A stretch of DNA of 64,000 bases from Leidyana gryllorum EB-2025a (Eukaryota > Protista > Apicomplexa). The stretch's first letter is position 1; each line of letters begins with the position of its first letter. The stretch spans positions 1 to 64,000 of the forward strand of contig JBLWGC010000085.1 in assembly GCA_048772705.1 (NCBI GenBank). Reading direction: 5' to 3'. Below, piece after piece: positions 13,388-25,747 of this stretch. The notes beneath the pieces are model-generated. The model was not told where the DNA came from. It searched no databases and saw only the letters and a list, made by a program, of their open reading frames with translations. A program made the position numbers and the translations under genes.

Positions 13388-14644
13388 ATGCGTTTGTTGG
13401 GAGTTATCGCTAGCTACATTGCCATAGCTAATGGAGCGCTACTGTTTGAGAAAGGTACTCTCACAGATGCGGAGACCATCAAGTTCTGGGGCAACGATGG
13501 ATCATTGAGCCAGATGGTTCTGCACGGAGGCAATCAAGAAGGTTCTTTGTTACTGAAAGTTGAAACTCCCGACCTCGATCTCTTCATCTCTCCCTCCCGT
13601 GGTATGAACATTATGAACATGACTGCCAAGGCTAATGGGAATGAAATGTTTGTGGGATGGTCCAATCCGGTCAAAGGTGTTGTAAACCCGGCGTATGTTA
13701 ATCTCATGGAACGGGACGGCAGTGGTTTCCTGCAAGGTTTCAACGAGGTGATCGCTCGGTGTGGGTACCAGTGGGCCGGCCACGCCGGCGAAGATCGTGG
13801 TGAATTCTTGACCTTGCATGGTCTCATGTCGAACACGCCAGCTTACGAGGTGTCCTACACTGAGGAGGACAACGCGTTTGCCATCTATGCCAAAGTGAGG
13901 CTCGCGACATTCAAGAAGAGCAACTTTGAGGTGATTTCGGGCATAAGAATTGCAAAGGGGTCCCGCGAGGTGTGGTTGGAGGATACTTTGAGCAACATGG
14001 GCGACTACACTGAAGAGTACATGGCCATTTACCACGCGAATTTTGGATCTCCCATCCTCGAGAACAAATCGAAGCTTTACGTACCCGTCAAGCAGGTATC
14101 CCCGTTCAACGCCAACGCCATCCTGGACGTCGCAGAGTGGGACACTATGCTCCCTCCTACACTAAAGTACGACGAGACAGTGTATAACATTTTCCCGTAC
14201 GCGGACTCCACCAACTGGACGCTCGCTGTGATGGCCAACAACGCGGAGGATCGCGCCATCGGAGTCAGATGGCGAGTCGACGAGCTCCCGGTGTTTGGCC
14301 TCTGGAAGAACTTGGACACCGAGAAGACTGGTTATGTAGTTGGTTTGGAACCCGGGACCAGCTTCTCCTACAACCGCCGTTGGAACAGAGAGATTGGTCT
14401 GGTACCTACTTTGCCAGCTGGGCAGAGCGTCACTTTCTCCACAAAGTTCCATCCTCTGATGAGTTCATCGGAGGTTGAGAGCTTCAAGAACGAGGTCAAG
14501 ACGATCCAAGGTGACCAGGAGCTGGAGATTCGACAGATCCCGCTGACTCGGCAAGACGAAGGTTCACCGGGCGAATCTGGAGCCCTGTCTTACCTGTCGT
14601 TGACTGTCGGCGGAGTCCTGGCCTACTGCGCCACTTTTGCCTGA
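13388..14644 (+). CDS. DUF4432 / aldose 1-epimerase-like protein with signal peptide and hydrophobic C-terminus, intronless
   Basis: SPSRGMNI, GFNEVIARCGYQWAGHAG, LTLHG, YHANFGSP and GYVVGLEPGT match the bacterial DUF4432 family as I recall it; 418-aa uninterrupted ORF. Confidence 0.8.
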   Translation: MRLLGVIASYIAIANGALLFEKGTLTDAETIKFWGNDGSLSQMVLHGGNQEGSLLLKVETPDLDLFISPSRGMNIMNMTAKANGNEMFVGWSNPVKGVVNPAYVNLMERDGSGFLQGFNEVIARCGYQWAGHAGEDRGEFLTLHGLMSNTPAYEVSYTEEDNAFAIYAKVRLATFKKSNFEVISGIRIAKGSREVWLEDTLSNMGDYTEEYMAIYHANFGSPILENKSKLYVPVKQVSPFNANAILDVAEWDTMLPPTLKYDETVYNIFPYADSTNWTLAVMANNAEDRAIGVRWRVDELPVFGLWKNLDTEKTGYVVGLEPGTSFSYNRRWNREIGLVPTLPAGQSVTFSTKFHPLMSSSEVESFKNEVKTIQGDQELEIRQIPLTRQDEGSPGESGALSYLSLTVGGVLAYCATFA

Positions 14645-14847
14645 GACACTCAAGATTAATCATCAGGCCCGTAGACGAATGTTGTATTTATCGAAGATCG
14701 CTGTCAGCATGGAGTAGCTGGTCTTTTTTCGTTGTGGTCTCGTGCGTTGTGCGCGCGACGCCCAATCGTTCTCGCTCTCTGCATCCGAAGACTGACGTGC
14801 CAGATCACAGAAAAGTCAAAAGTATACCGTGTTCATGTACTCAAAGA

Positions 14848-15849
14848 ATGATCCAACGGGGACACAAACCTTCGCGTCCCGTACAGCTTTCCCGCAACGG
14901 ACAACTGATAGTTCCAGCCTGGCGCACTCTGATCGCGGGTGAACACGTCCAGTCAATTTTGCTCGCAGTCGGCTCAGAGCGAACGCGCAGTCTCCTTGAT
15001 GTGATCTATGCTACTCGATTCAGAACACACTTCCTGAAAAGCGATACTCTTTACGGAGTCGTGACTTGCACAGATGAGATTGTGCTCTTCTTATGCCCCA
15101 GCAATGATTCCACTATGGTATGGATACTTGGACAGCCCCCGATCTCTCTCATATTCTCTTCAGAAACTTCGCTGCCACAAACTGGCATTCTTCGTATCTG
15201 CTCTGGCTGACACTATTTTCATGGAGACGGCACCTCTCCGCGGGCGCGGTGCGATCTGCGAGATGCCAGATCTCGGGTTCTGCTTGGATGTACGTCAGTT
15301 GAATTTGTATGCAAAGATGTCCCCCAAACGTCTTGTTGTGGTCGCCGATGAGGAGTCCTCAGCTGTGAGAAGTGAGTGCGGATCCCTGACATCCACTTAA
15401 GCCGTTCGCTTGCCAGGAGACAAGTCCACAACTGTCAGTAACCCGGCCGCGAAAGGACCGCCCAATCACGGGTGTGAGAGTACCCGCCCCGAGACCGCAG
15501 TTTTCTCTCACATTTATTTGGTGCAAATACCCGACTGCGGTCAGATCTCTCCCGTCGACTACACGAAGAGAGTGTCTGAAGTAGTTGAAATGTAAGAATG
15601 GCCGAGTGTGTTTCATAATGCTTGTCCAGTATTGACCGGAAGCGACAGAAACCTCCGCACACGAGACATCGAACTCGCCAGGCTGTCAAGTTTTGGCGCG
15701 CACTGAGTGACCTTCCACGAGACAAAGTAGCGTTGCAACCCTTATTGGACCTAATGAGCGGCTCTCAACGAAATCTTTCGACCTCTCGGTATGGAACAGT
15801 GAATTACCTCAAGAGAGTGAAGGCAGATGAAAGTGGCAACAGACGATGA
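14848..15849 (+). CDS. Tandem paralog 1 of a degenerate GBP/RHD3-like family
   Basis: ILLAVGSERTRSLLDVIYATRF and AFFVSALADTIF align with the neighbouring paralogs; intron 15118-15163; 3' end approximate. Confidence 0.5.
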
Positions 15850-16010
15850 AAAGAGAGGAGAGACGAGACGAATGGTGACTGACAAGACTCCGTTGCTGTT
15901 GAGTCAGAGCTCTGCAAGAAACATCGACCTCAATTTGTACTTTGTGTTGGGCTGGCCCCAAGGCTAGTGTGATTGTTCATTTTTGCGTCTTTCTGGGTCG
16001 GCGGGATTTG

Positions 16011-17216
16011 ATGGCGTCGGCAGTCACCGTACTGGCTCATGATGAGACGTTCTTCGATGATGCATGGCTGCGGCTGGTCCAATCCGGCCCAGTGAAGAGA
16101 GTCATCCTCGCCGTGGGAGGACAATCGGCCAAGAAGTTGCTTGATTTATACTATGGAACATCCTTTGCCATGTTCGGACCCGAGGATATGCCTCCTCGCG
16201 TACTTTACGGAGCCATTGCCAATTCGGGTGAGGTGGTGCTGAATTTGGTACACACGGAGGGATGGAACGTTTCGGTAAGCTCTACCGAATCGCAAGACAG
16301 AGCGCTCATCGCAATACATAATAGTGGGAGACTCGGAGACTAATGTTCTTCGCGGGCTCGGTGGCTGACACCATCCTGTCCGATTTGGACGCCTACGGGC
16401 GTGTGAGCTACTACATACAGCAGAGCCGTCTCGCAGATTACCAGCGACTGCCACGTAAGCGACTGGTGGCTTACGAGGTGGACAATGGAGACGGGGTGGC
16501 GAATCGTGCAGGTCAGTCTCTCGGCGGGTGATGCAACATCTCAGAACTTGAGCTTTACACTCAATGTCACAGGCTATGTATTCGAGGATCGCGTCTTGAC
16601 AATGCTTGAGAATCTCAAGAACTTCGATGATTATTCGCGAGACGATCTCTCTTCTTATCAGCCGCTAGTTGATGTACACAAAGTCGCTATGCCCTCGGCG
16701 ACATACGCTGACCCGTCTATGCACTGGAGTCGCGTTGGAGAATTACGCAATCTGTAAGTTACGTCTCGCCAACTTCGGACCAAAAGTCATTGCCACCCCA
16801 GAATTGACCGGAGGCCCTTAGATCCCTTCGACGCCCAGACTTTGGTCAATGCTGCCCCCCTCTTCTGGAAGCGACTCGTAGACTCCTCAGAATTGTCAAT
16901 AGAAGTTCTGATGGGTTGTCTGGAATCCCAATCGCCAGCAAAGGCAGACTTGTCACCAACGGCCCTGTCGACCCCCCCTGAGCCCTTGCGCCAAGCTGGG
17001 GAGAACACGGTCACAGCCGAAGCCTTTGCCGCACCTTCTGAAAAGGCGTTGGCGGTGGACAAACTGGAAGATATCCTGAGAGATGTCAATGTGCTGGCAG
17101 AGCGAGCCCAAAAACTGCAGGGGGATTTCAGTAGTAGAAGCGCAGAGATCGATGCCGTGCTGCACCAATTGACTGTTGCATTGTCGAATCTCTCGAAACG
17201 GGACAATAACGCCTGA
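16011..17216 (+). CDS. Tandem paralog 2 of a degenerate GBP/RHD3-like family
   Basis: VILAVGGQSAKKLLDLYYGTSF, FFAGSVADTIL and YQRLPRKRLV; phase-0 intron 16275-16324 checked by hand; helical C-terminus. Confidence 0.6.
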
Positions 17217-17268
17217 AAATCTGTTTGAGATGAAGTACTGTGGACCCAGTTGAACTTAATGACCTGCA

Positions 17269-18320
17269 ATGGTTGAGTGTGACACCCTTATCTACCTGGG
17301 AGATCAATCGCTCAATCAGGCTAACTGGAAGGAGTTGCACGAGCACAACATTAAGCAAGTTATCGGTGTGTTGAGTGTGGGGGGATGCAAGGATTTGGCA
17401 ACTGTGGATTCCTTATTTGGCACGGGTTTCGCTCGCGAACTTGGTATACGCTGTGGAATGTGGGGGTATATAGTGGATGAGCGGAGGCTTGTTGTATATT
17501 GCGAACCCAGGCTCAGGTATGAGCTGGTTGTGAGACAATTTATATCGGCCATAGCCGATGATATCCTAATCTTCAACCAAACGAGTCCCGTGCCGGAATG
17601 GATTGATTGTGACGGGCTTACAGAACCGCCTTACGTCCCAATGAAGCGTGTTTTCAACATTTACGAGCGTTCTAACACTCCCAACGAGACCTTGGAGGAA
17701 TATATACTTCGATGCGCCAACGACGTCCGAGCATTCACACAATGGCACCAGTCTCGAAAACTCCGAGGCATTGAATACACTTAGGTCTTTTTGCCGAGTC
17801 AGACTTGGCCGGTCAGTCGGAAAGCACGGATCTCCGAGCTAACCAAACTGTAAGTTTGAGCACAGTGATGGTTTCATCTCCAGTCTACAGCATATATAGG
17901 GGGGCGATCCCCTACTTCTTCTCAACTCGAGATATGATCGCTGTCGCCCCCAGTCTCTACCCTGGGCAGCTGAAGGAACCCGAACACATGCGGCGGCTCA
18001 AATTAGCCCTCAATAGGCCGCCGGAATGCTCACAGCCACGCGTTAGAGAGCCAAGTGAGTCCCGGGTGTATGCAATAGAGACACAACGAAAAGTCACAGA
18101 TGACGGGAAACCCAAACGAGACATCAGATGTGTCGTGACAGCAACGCTGGAGAACTTGAAAAATGTAGAGAGGGAGCTGCATGAGCTGCTGGAGGACAAA
18201 GCGCGTGAACAGAATTTCCCCACCGAGCGAGAGGTTATCCTGGAAGAACTGTTATCTGCCAGTCTTCTTCTGCACACTGTGGCAACTAAAATTGACGTTT
18301 CACTGACACCGTCTCCATAA
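17269..18320 (+). CDS. Tandem paralog 3 of a degenerate GBP/RHD3-like family
   Basis: IGVLSVGG...VDSLFGTGF, QFISAIADDILIFN, C-terminal LENLKNVERELHE; exon junctions not fully resolved. Confidence 0.55.
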
Positions 18321-18746
18321 GTTGGTCCGTTTTCTGGGGCTTCAGCGGATCACCCAAGTCGCAGCCGACTGGGCAACCGTGTTGGCGGAAGCTCTCAGTC
18401 AGCCCGTTGGCAGCTGACTGAGATCTTAACAAAATAAGCAAATTGATCTGAGCATCCATCTTAGTCACTTCGGAACAATCGAGGAATCGAGTTTGACACC
18501 TGCACGCTGGCGAGAGACAAAGAATGCTCGTATGCAGTGGCTTTGAGCTCAGCAGCATTTCGTCAGAATTGGCAGTCGCACATTGGGTCGTACAGGTCAC
18601 TATTTTTTCTTGACGGGGGCGTCAGGACATCGGTTTCAGTCAATCAAATCGAACGGTGGCTCGCCCGCCCTTCGAGTGTGATTGCGACACGACGTTATTA
18701 TGAAAAGAGAGAGTTAGTGTTGATCGACGCCGTCGAAACACTGAAA

Positions 18747-19974
18747 ATGGCTCCGACTCCAATGGAACTAATGACATGTACAGGCGGCCGCGTGACGTGG
18801 GCTAGCCCTTTGCCAACGGTCTTGAAAAAGCCCTATCGAAAGATTGTCGTTGGCTTCGCTGTAACAAAATGGGAGTGGGTTCCCATTTTCAACGACGTGC
18901 TCAATACACACTTCCCCACCGAGGTCTACCCGTCTGACATCGCCCGAATTCTACTGGAGGAGGTGGAGCAGTCCGATGTTCTGGCAGTTATTTGCTATGG
19001 GACGTTTTCGCCATTGATGAGATTCGCAGGGTCCATTGGCGACGTTTTGCTCATCCCTTCCATTCAGGACGTCTATCTGATGGACTGTATCCGGAGCATC
19101 TTCGATACGACTGATCCGGAAGCCTACCGGATGCTCCCACGGAAAACAGTGATTGGAATCAGTTTACAAGTTGCTAAAGGCTTGTCCGTCACTTCAGAAG
19201 ATTGGTGCACTTCTGGACTTTCTGAGGTAAATTCAGCGATTGCACAGTGGAGGGAGCTTTGGAAACTACCGGACTCATGTGTGGACATCAGCAAAATGGT
19301 CCTTCCCCTGGGGGAGCGATGGAAGGCGAATCGGAAGCAACGACTGATCGAATTGCGAGAATCGTAAGCGGGTCCCGTCCAATGTGCAATTTCACTTCAG
19401 CCTTCTTCCCCACCCAAACCCAATACTACGGGAACAAGTTGTACGTGACTGCTTACTGACGGCTGCTGTACGCAGCTGGAGTTCCCTGTCTCAGCTGCCT
19501 AAGATCGCCAACCTTCTGGGGGTCTTCCACGATCAGATGAACCGCCCAGAGTTAAGCACCCTGACGGTGGCGCCAACAACTCTGCTCGGCACTCCGCCGC
19601 TCGCCGTCAAAGGGAGTGAAGCTGTAGAGGCCCTTCCCGACTCTGAGACTGCAGAACGGCCGAACGAGACCACGCCTTCATCTCCCCCTCCTCAGCAGGG
19701 CGCTGTTGATGCAAAAAGGACGATCAACCTGGATCACACTCTGATCGAAAACCTAAAGACTTTGCGAACTGAGCTGTCAGACACCATCGGCTCGTTGGAG
19801 AGCACTTTGACTCCGGATGGGAGAGTGAAACTTGATGGCAGCGCAGCAACGCGATACTGTGGAGTCTTTCAGCAATTGGAGGAGACCATCATCCACCTCT
19901 CCCAAAGCTTTCGAGCGTTGACGCAGGCTGACGAAGGCTTTGAGGTCAAATCCTGTACACCTCCTTCAAGCTGA
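18747..19974 (+). CDS. Tandem paralog 4 of a degenerate GBP/RHD3-like family
   Basis: KIVVGF...NDVLNTHF, RFAGSIGDVLLI, IFDTTDPEAYRMLPRKTV, C-terminal LIENLKTLRTEL. Confidence 0.6.
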
Positions 19975-20256
19975 GTGGCGGCGATGCAGGTTGAAGAATT
20001 TGTAATTCGAGCACTTTTGGGGTGGTCTGATTCGAAAGGTTGGGAAACTACTGCTCTTCCCATCTCATTCAGATTGGGGGAATGTGTTCACTAGAAGAAC
20101 TTCAAATGAAAGAACTTCCAATGACCTTTAGTCAGATCAGTGTGTCGGAAATGTGATTGAGGTCCGCAGCAGTTTCAGCGTTCCAAGGCATCAGTAAGAC
20201 TGGTGACACTGTGTGGTCTTTTATCTTCATCCAGCTTTTGGGAAGGAACAGACAAC

Positions 20257-21701
20257 ATGTTGAACTCGACTTCGAATCAGACCCTTCTAAGCGCCAACAC
20301 ATTGGGAGGTCCAATAGTCAAATCGACTGCCACTTTTGAGAATACGAAGCTCAAAAACTTTCGTCTTATAATTGTTGGATTCTCTGCTTACTCGCCACCC
20401 AACTCCCATAGATCGGGGTACAATCAGTTCGACAATCCAGACCCCAATGTTGCGTTAGTCCTCAACGAGCTCTATGGTTCCAGCTTCGATGTGTCCGCTT
20501 CATGCGGACGTGGTGATGGTAGAATTGTGATCGGTCCCGTGACGGATGTGGGGAGTTTGTTGGTCCATTGTGTTGGCGTCAATCCCCAACTACTGAGGTT
20601 CGGGGGGGTCATTGCTGATGTGTTGTTGATCTCCACCGTCGCCGACACAGCAGACTGCCGGCACAATATCTTTGATACCGAACATCTGCCGGCCTATCAA
20701 CAACTCCCACCGAAAACCGTCGTGTTCGTCGATGCTCAGCGGCGAGACTCTTACCACACCTCAACAGTTGGGCTGCCAGAGGGAATGGCTCTCGTCAGCT
20801 CCGCTAAATCGTCATGGACAGATGGTCTGAGGACGATCGCACCGATCACCGACTTCACTTCTGTTGTCTCTGCTGAGAGGGACAGATCGTTGCAGCAAGC
20901 TAGATAGATCTCGTATTGATGAGCTAAAAAACGTCGTGAGTTCGCTTCCATCACGGCATACACTACAGTCACAGATTGCGTAACAAAGTGTGGAGCGGGA
21001 AGAGACGCTACGACGATGTCTCTTCCAGGCCGCCTATTAAGAGTGTGGGTTAGGTGGCCATTTGCCTCTTCCAAGACTCTTATCGACCCTTGAGGCAAAG
21101 ATGTCATCACCGACGTTGCTGAGTGGAGGTTTATTCGGGGGGGGGGGGGCCCTCCGTGGCATCTCCTGAGGCGAATATGTCATCACCGACGTTGCTGAGT
21201 GGAAGTTTATTCGGGGGGGCCCCCTCCGTGGCATCTCCTGAAGTTCTATTCGCCAAAGGTTATCGGTCAAAAGTCGCAGCTCCTGTGGTATCGGCGTTGG
21301 ATAAAGGGTCGAAGCCTCGCCCAAAGCAATCATCGCTCGGATCGGTTTTCTCAAACTCCGAAGCTATTGACGTAGCTACACTTCCTGCTGAGCGCAAGGC
21401 TAAGACGCACTGCGATGCTGAGATTGCGCTGCCCCCGGTCAAACCCAAGCACAGCGTCGTAGAGGCCCTCCTCTATCTGAAGACGGACCTCAGTGCTGCC
21501 ATCTCGTCATTCCAGAGGGCAAAAGATGCCAAAGACGATATCGAAGCGATTCACTACGAAGTCCGGAACTGTCGTGAAGTTCTTCATCGACTGGGTGAAG
21601 AGATAGTTCATCTCGGGTTGGAGCTGAGCAAGTTGGAGGAACAAGGTGATACACCATTCTCTGATCCCGCCATTTGTCCCAACTGCCGTCAATGTATGTG
21701 A
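20257..21701 (+). CDS. Tandem paralog 5 of a degenerate GBP/RHD3-like family (possible frameshift in a poly-G run)
   Basis: RLIIVGF...LNELYGSSFDVSA, RFGGVIADVLLI, IFDTEHLPAYQQLPPKTV, C-terminal LKTDLSAAISSF...EVLHRLGEEI. Confidence 0.55.
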
Positions 21702-22249
21702 GTGGGACAGCAGGGATGAGTCTCGAGTGTGTGGGTCCACCCGTACGAGTCACAAGTGTCGGCTCTGAATGGAAGAATCTTTGACCAGATCGCTGTTGGG
21801 CAACAAGAGCACTCGCATTTAAGACAGTCTCGTGCATCTGTAATATTGCGGGTCACAGCACCACTTCGCTTGCGCACGCTTAGAGCACACCTCAAATGAG
21901 CTTTTAAGTTTTCGCATTCGCGTCATTGTGTCCTTCCGATCCTCCTCTGTCAAAAACAAACACAGTTTGTACCATTCGTGGCTGTATTACGGGCCCGTGA
22001 GTGGCGTCTCCGCGATTCCGGAATCTCCTCGGACTCGGCACAGTGTCTTCAAAGTTGGTCAACGGTCGGTTGCCAGCACCCGCGGCCGAGAATATTTGCT
22101 GCTTCCCACAGGCTGTGCCGATCAGTCTCCTAAGCTCTTGTCGTCCCCATATGTCCACTGCATCTCTGAACAACGGAGCTTAGGAGTACGTGGATTGACG
22201 CTCCTTCTGTGGTTCGCACAAGTCGAGGTCGCTGGAAGCCTCCGCATTG

Positions 22250-23690
22250 TGTGAGACAAGACGTTTGATGAGTGAGACTCCCATTATTTCCATCCCATGC
22301 GCTGCAGCTCGCAGAGGTCCTCAGAGGCGCCAAGCTATGTTCCTCTGTCTCCCGAGAATCGATCGATGGCCTCCCCAATCGAGAAGCTATGACTTGGATC
22401 TTGGCCGCGGGATCGGTGTGAAAGAACAAGAGATCTATACGGCCTGAAGGGTGCAAAAAGGCTCACAATAAGTTCTGTATTCTTGGCATCTACTTTTACT
22501 CGATGGTATCTGCGCGAGAGACCTCGACGAGCACGATGTTATCTCCTTGCCAGGTGCTAATGAGCGGAGCACCACCGAAGATGCCGTATGTTTTTATATG
22601 ATGCCTCCGAGGGCATTCAGCTGCGGAAGTTCCAAGAGATACTTGTCTCAGTCTCTCCTGATACGGACACGTCGGAGGGGCCGACGATCTTCATCGCGCT
22701 CTATGGCTCCCGCTTCAAGCATCGGTCCAGTCTTGTGGAATGGTAGTCAATCTTGGTGACGGAGTTGAGATCTTTGTTGTGACGTTGTGTTGATGCCGAT
22801 CGCCGACCACTGAGTTGCGCAGGACGCAGTGGAATGCGCTCTTTAGCCGCATCGTCGTCGACGAGTGAACGTTCCCTAATTATACCTTCGATACGAAGCA
22901 TTTGTTGCCTATGTCCAGCTACCCCGGAAAATCGTTGTGTTTCATAGTTGCCCGTCGAAAGCGATACATCGTGTCAACCAGATGAAAGCAAAGTGCAACG
23001 AGGCATTGGCGCCAATGATACCATTCACCGACTTCGACACATTGCTTTTATCCCAAGACTCAAGCGCTATCAAGGCGTACTTTTTGCTACGATAGCCGAG
23101 ACTGTGGTGACTTTTCTTCCCTGAGTGTGTCACTCGAGTCGGAGGTTCCCGAGAATGAATACCAGTTTGGGGGGTGAAGATATAATACGGCGCTGTCTCT
23201 TGCGACTGCTTACAAAGCGTGCCACATATTCAACCCATCGACTCCCACAAGACCCCTAACCGCTGTCGATGCGCTGCTCGAAGGCAACAAACTCCCATTT
23301 CCAACACCACAGCCGAAAGGGGTGCCGCCGGAGCCGCTCTCGCAAGAAGTGCAATGCACATCCCCCCCGCAAAAACAGGAAGCGTCGGAAAGGGGTGCGC
23401 TTTTGGGAAGTAGCGACACAACATGCTCCTTCAAACCCGAGATCTCGGCGGAGTTACAGCGTCGTGGAGGGGTCAGCTACCCGAAGAGGGAACTCTTCTC
23501 CGCCGTCTCCTCATTCAAGGAGGCGAAAGATGCTGAATGGGACATCAAGGCACTCGACCGAGTCCGGCATTGCCATCAACTTATTCATCGATTGAGTGAC
23601 GAAATTATCTTCTCGGGCTCGAGTTACGAACAGTTGGAGGGGAAAAATGAGGCGGCATCATTTTCTGCCAATGTGTCTCAAGTGCGGTGA
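22250..23690 (+). pseudogene. Probable sixth paralog, decayed or heavily spliced
   Basis: ORF 23322-23690 (LFSAVSSFKEAKDAEWDI...HRLSDEII) clearly matches the C-terminus of 21123-21701; the upstream part is fragmentary and the start is approximate. Confidence 0.4.
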
Positions 23691-25185
23691 ATGGGTGGGA
23701 GTGGAACGGGAAGGATCGGCATTTGAGACACGCCAGTCGAGACTCCAAAGCAGGAGAACCTCAGAAGTCTCGTACCCAATCTTTGTTGTCGCACAACTTG
23801 ATCTCGCCCCACAGCGGTGCTGCCCGCGAGCACCCCCAGAGCACTTTCCATTCGACTAATGGATGTGATAAGCCATGCGAGATGCTTTCGGCACATACGT
23901 TTCCGTAGCCGCGGAGCAGTTGAGCGCGGAGTGGCGTCTGGCGCTATGTCGACATTCGCAGGGAACCGTTCGATAGGGTTAGAGCTTCCCCTACTCCGAT
24001 CGTTGCAGTGCCGGACAGAACGCATGTAATGGCCTCATTCAGATCACGTCGATCCTTCCGCCGAGTATGTTCCCACAGACAAACAAGTCATACTCGCCAA
24101 ATAACCGGAATGGTGGGATATACTTGTTGCAGAATGGTCTCCAGCAAGTCATGCCGCCTCAATACAACTTAACGTCACCGGTCTACCCATTGTCTCTTTT
24201 GGTAACACAACCGCGGCACCAATGGCAGTCATTGTGGGGACTACATATTAGCTCAGCATTGCGTCGGGCAATCCAACAAAAGGGGGGCTCTCTGCTTTGT
24301 TTTATCACCACGCGATCAATTTCTCGTCAGTTTACGTATCTCATTAGAAGGGCCATTTGTGATCGGCTTACCATCGTTGGGTTGCTTCATGCCGACGAGT
24401 AGCCCTCGTAATCGTTGAGGTCCCGTCTGAAGCCCGAAAGCGTTTAGTAGAGTTGAGGAATGCCCAAACGTGCCGTCACTATTCAGCATATCTGTGACGC
24501 TCGCACCATCGTCGGGCTTGTGGACCTATTCGGAATCGCTCTTGTTCCCTTCTTGTTGAGAGACTCCAGATGAACGTCGACTTCGCCATTATCAAAATCG
24601 GCAACGAAGACTTGCACTCCGGCCATCAGGACTGTAGTCCAGGAAGGCAGATATTGCCAGTTTGAGATTGGATCAAAACGACATCTTCCGCAACGAGGGG
24701 ACAGCGAAACATGAAGAAAAGTGGCAGAGGCAGCAAGGGGGTGTCTCATATGCTGTAAGCACATCACGACCACCGATATGTCATTCAACATATCCAGATC
24801 ACCATCAGCACAATGGAGACTCTTTTTACCCCACATCTTTTTGTCACGAGCGAGCGAGAACAATCAATCTTCAGCTTTATCCTGAGTTGAACTCAATTTG
24901 TCAGAAGCACTCCAAACCCTCAGAGTCACTCCAATTCCTCACAGCTCCGAGAAGTGGTGCCGGAGGAAATTATTTTGGCCAACCCTTGGGCCTCTGGCAG
25001 GTGAGGACTCAGTCCCTCACGCTAGCTCCATCTCGACAAGCACTCAAATCATCGTAGATCCACAATCATAACCAATCACCTCATGAAAAGTTTGCGTACG
25101 AGTCCGGAACCTCTCAACATTCCAAAATGGCGCTCGTCTCCGCACAACACAGCCCATAGCTCCGTCCAAACGAATGAATCCAACG

Positions 25186-25287
25186 TCAGACCAGAGGTCC
25201 TCAAGAAACTCGAAGCGTTAAAGCGAGCGCCTCACTGCACCATCTAGTAAAAGGCGAGAGGGTGATAAGTGTTGAGGCTCTCCACAC
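25186..25287 (-). ncRNA. U5: U5 spliceosomal snRNA
   Basis: Invariant loop I GCCTTTTAC (25255-25247) closed by CACC-CTCT/AGA-T-GGTG, outer stem GCCTCA/TGAGGC, Sm-like AGTTTCTTG and 3' hairpin GGACC-TCT-GGTCT. Confidence 0.85.
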
Positions 25288-25747
25288 GAATTTTGGAGCT
25301 GAGACCCGCCAGCCGCCGGAGACGGCGTGTGTACTGGATGTAACGGATGGGTAATCGACTTTGTCGACCCAACCAATGATCTGAAGTGATGTCGGCCCAC
25401 CGCTGATCGATGTTTGACTGACACTCGCCTGGTGGGATAACTTCCCATTGTGACCCGGTTGGGAGGCGATACTAACACACTGAAGCAGATCTTAAGGTCC
25501 CTCAGGCTGGGCTGGAGACTCTGGACGGTGCTCACCCGAAGGTGTGCACAGTCAAGGGACACCCGTGTGGTCACACCAGGCTGGGAACAGAGCGGGTCAG
25601 CCACACACTTTGGACAGGGTGGGGGAGAACCAAATGGAACTGCTTCTTTTATCAATTCTCAATTCGTTGACTTTTATGCGGGTGGGTGTCGGTCGAGGGG
25701 GAGACGAGACGGGACTGATATTTTCAACAAAACTTCGAATAAAACTC

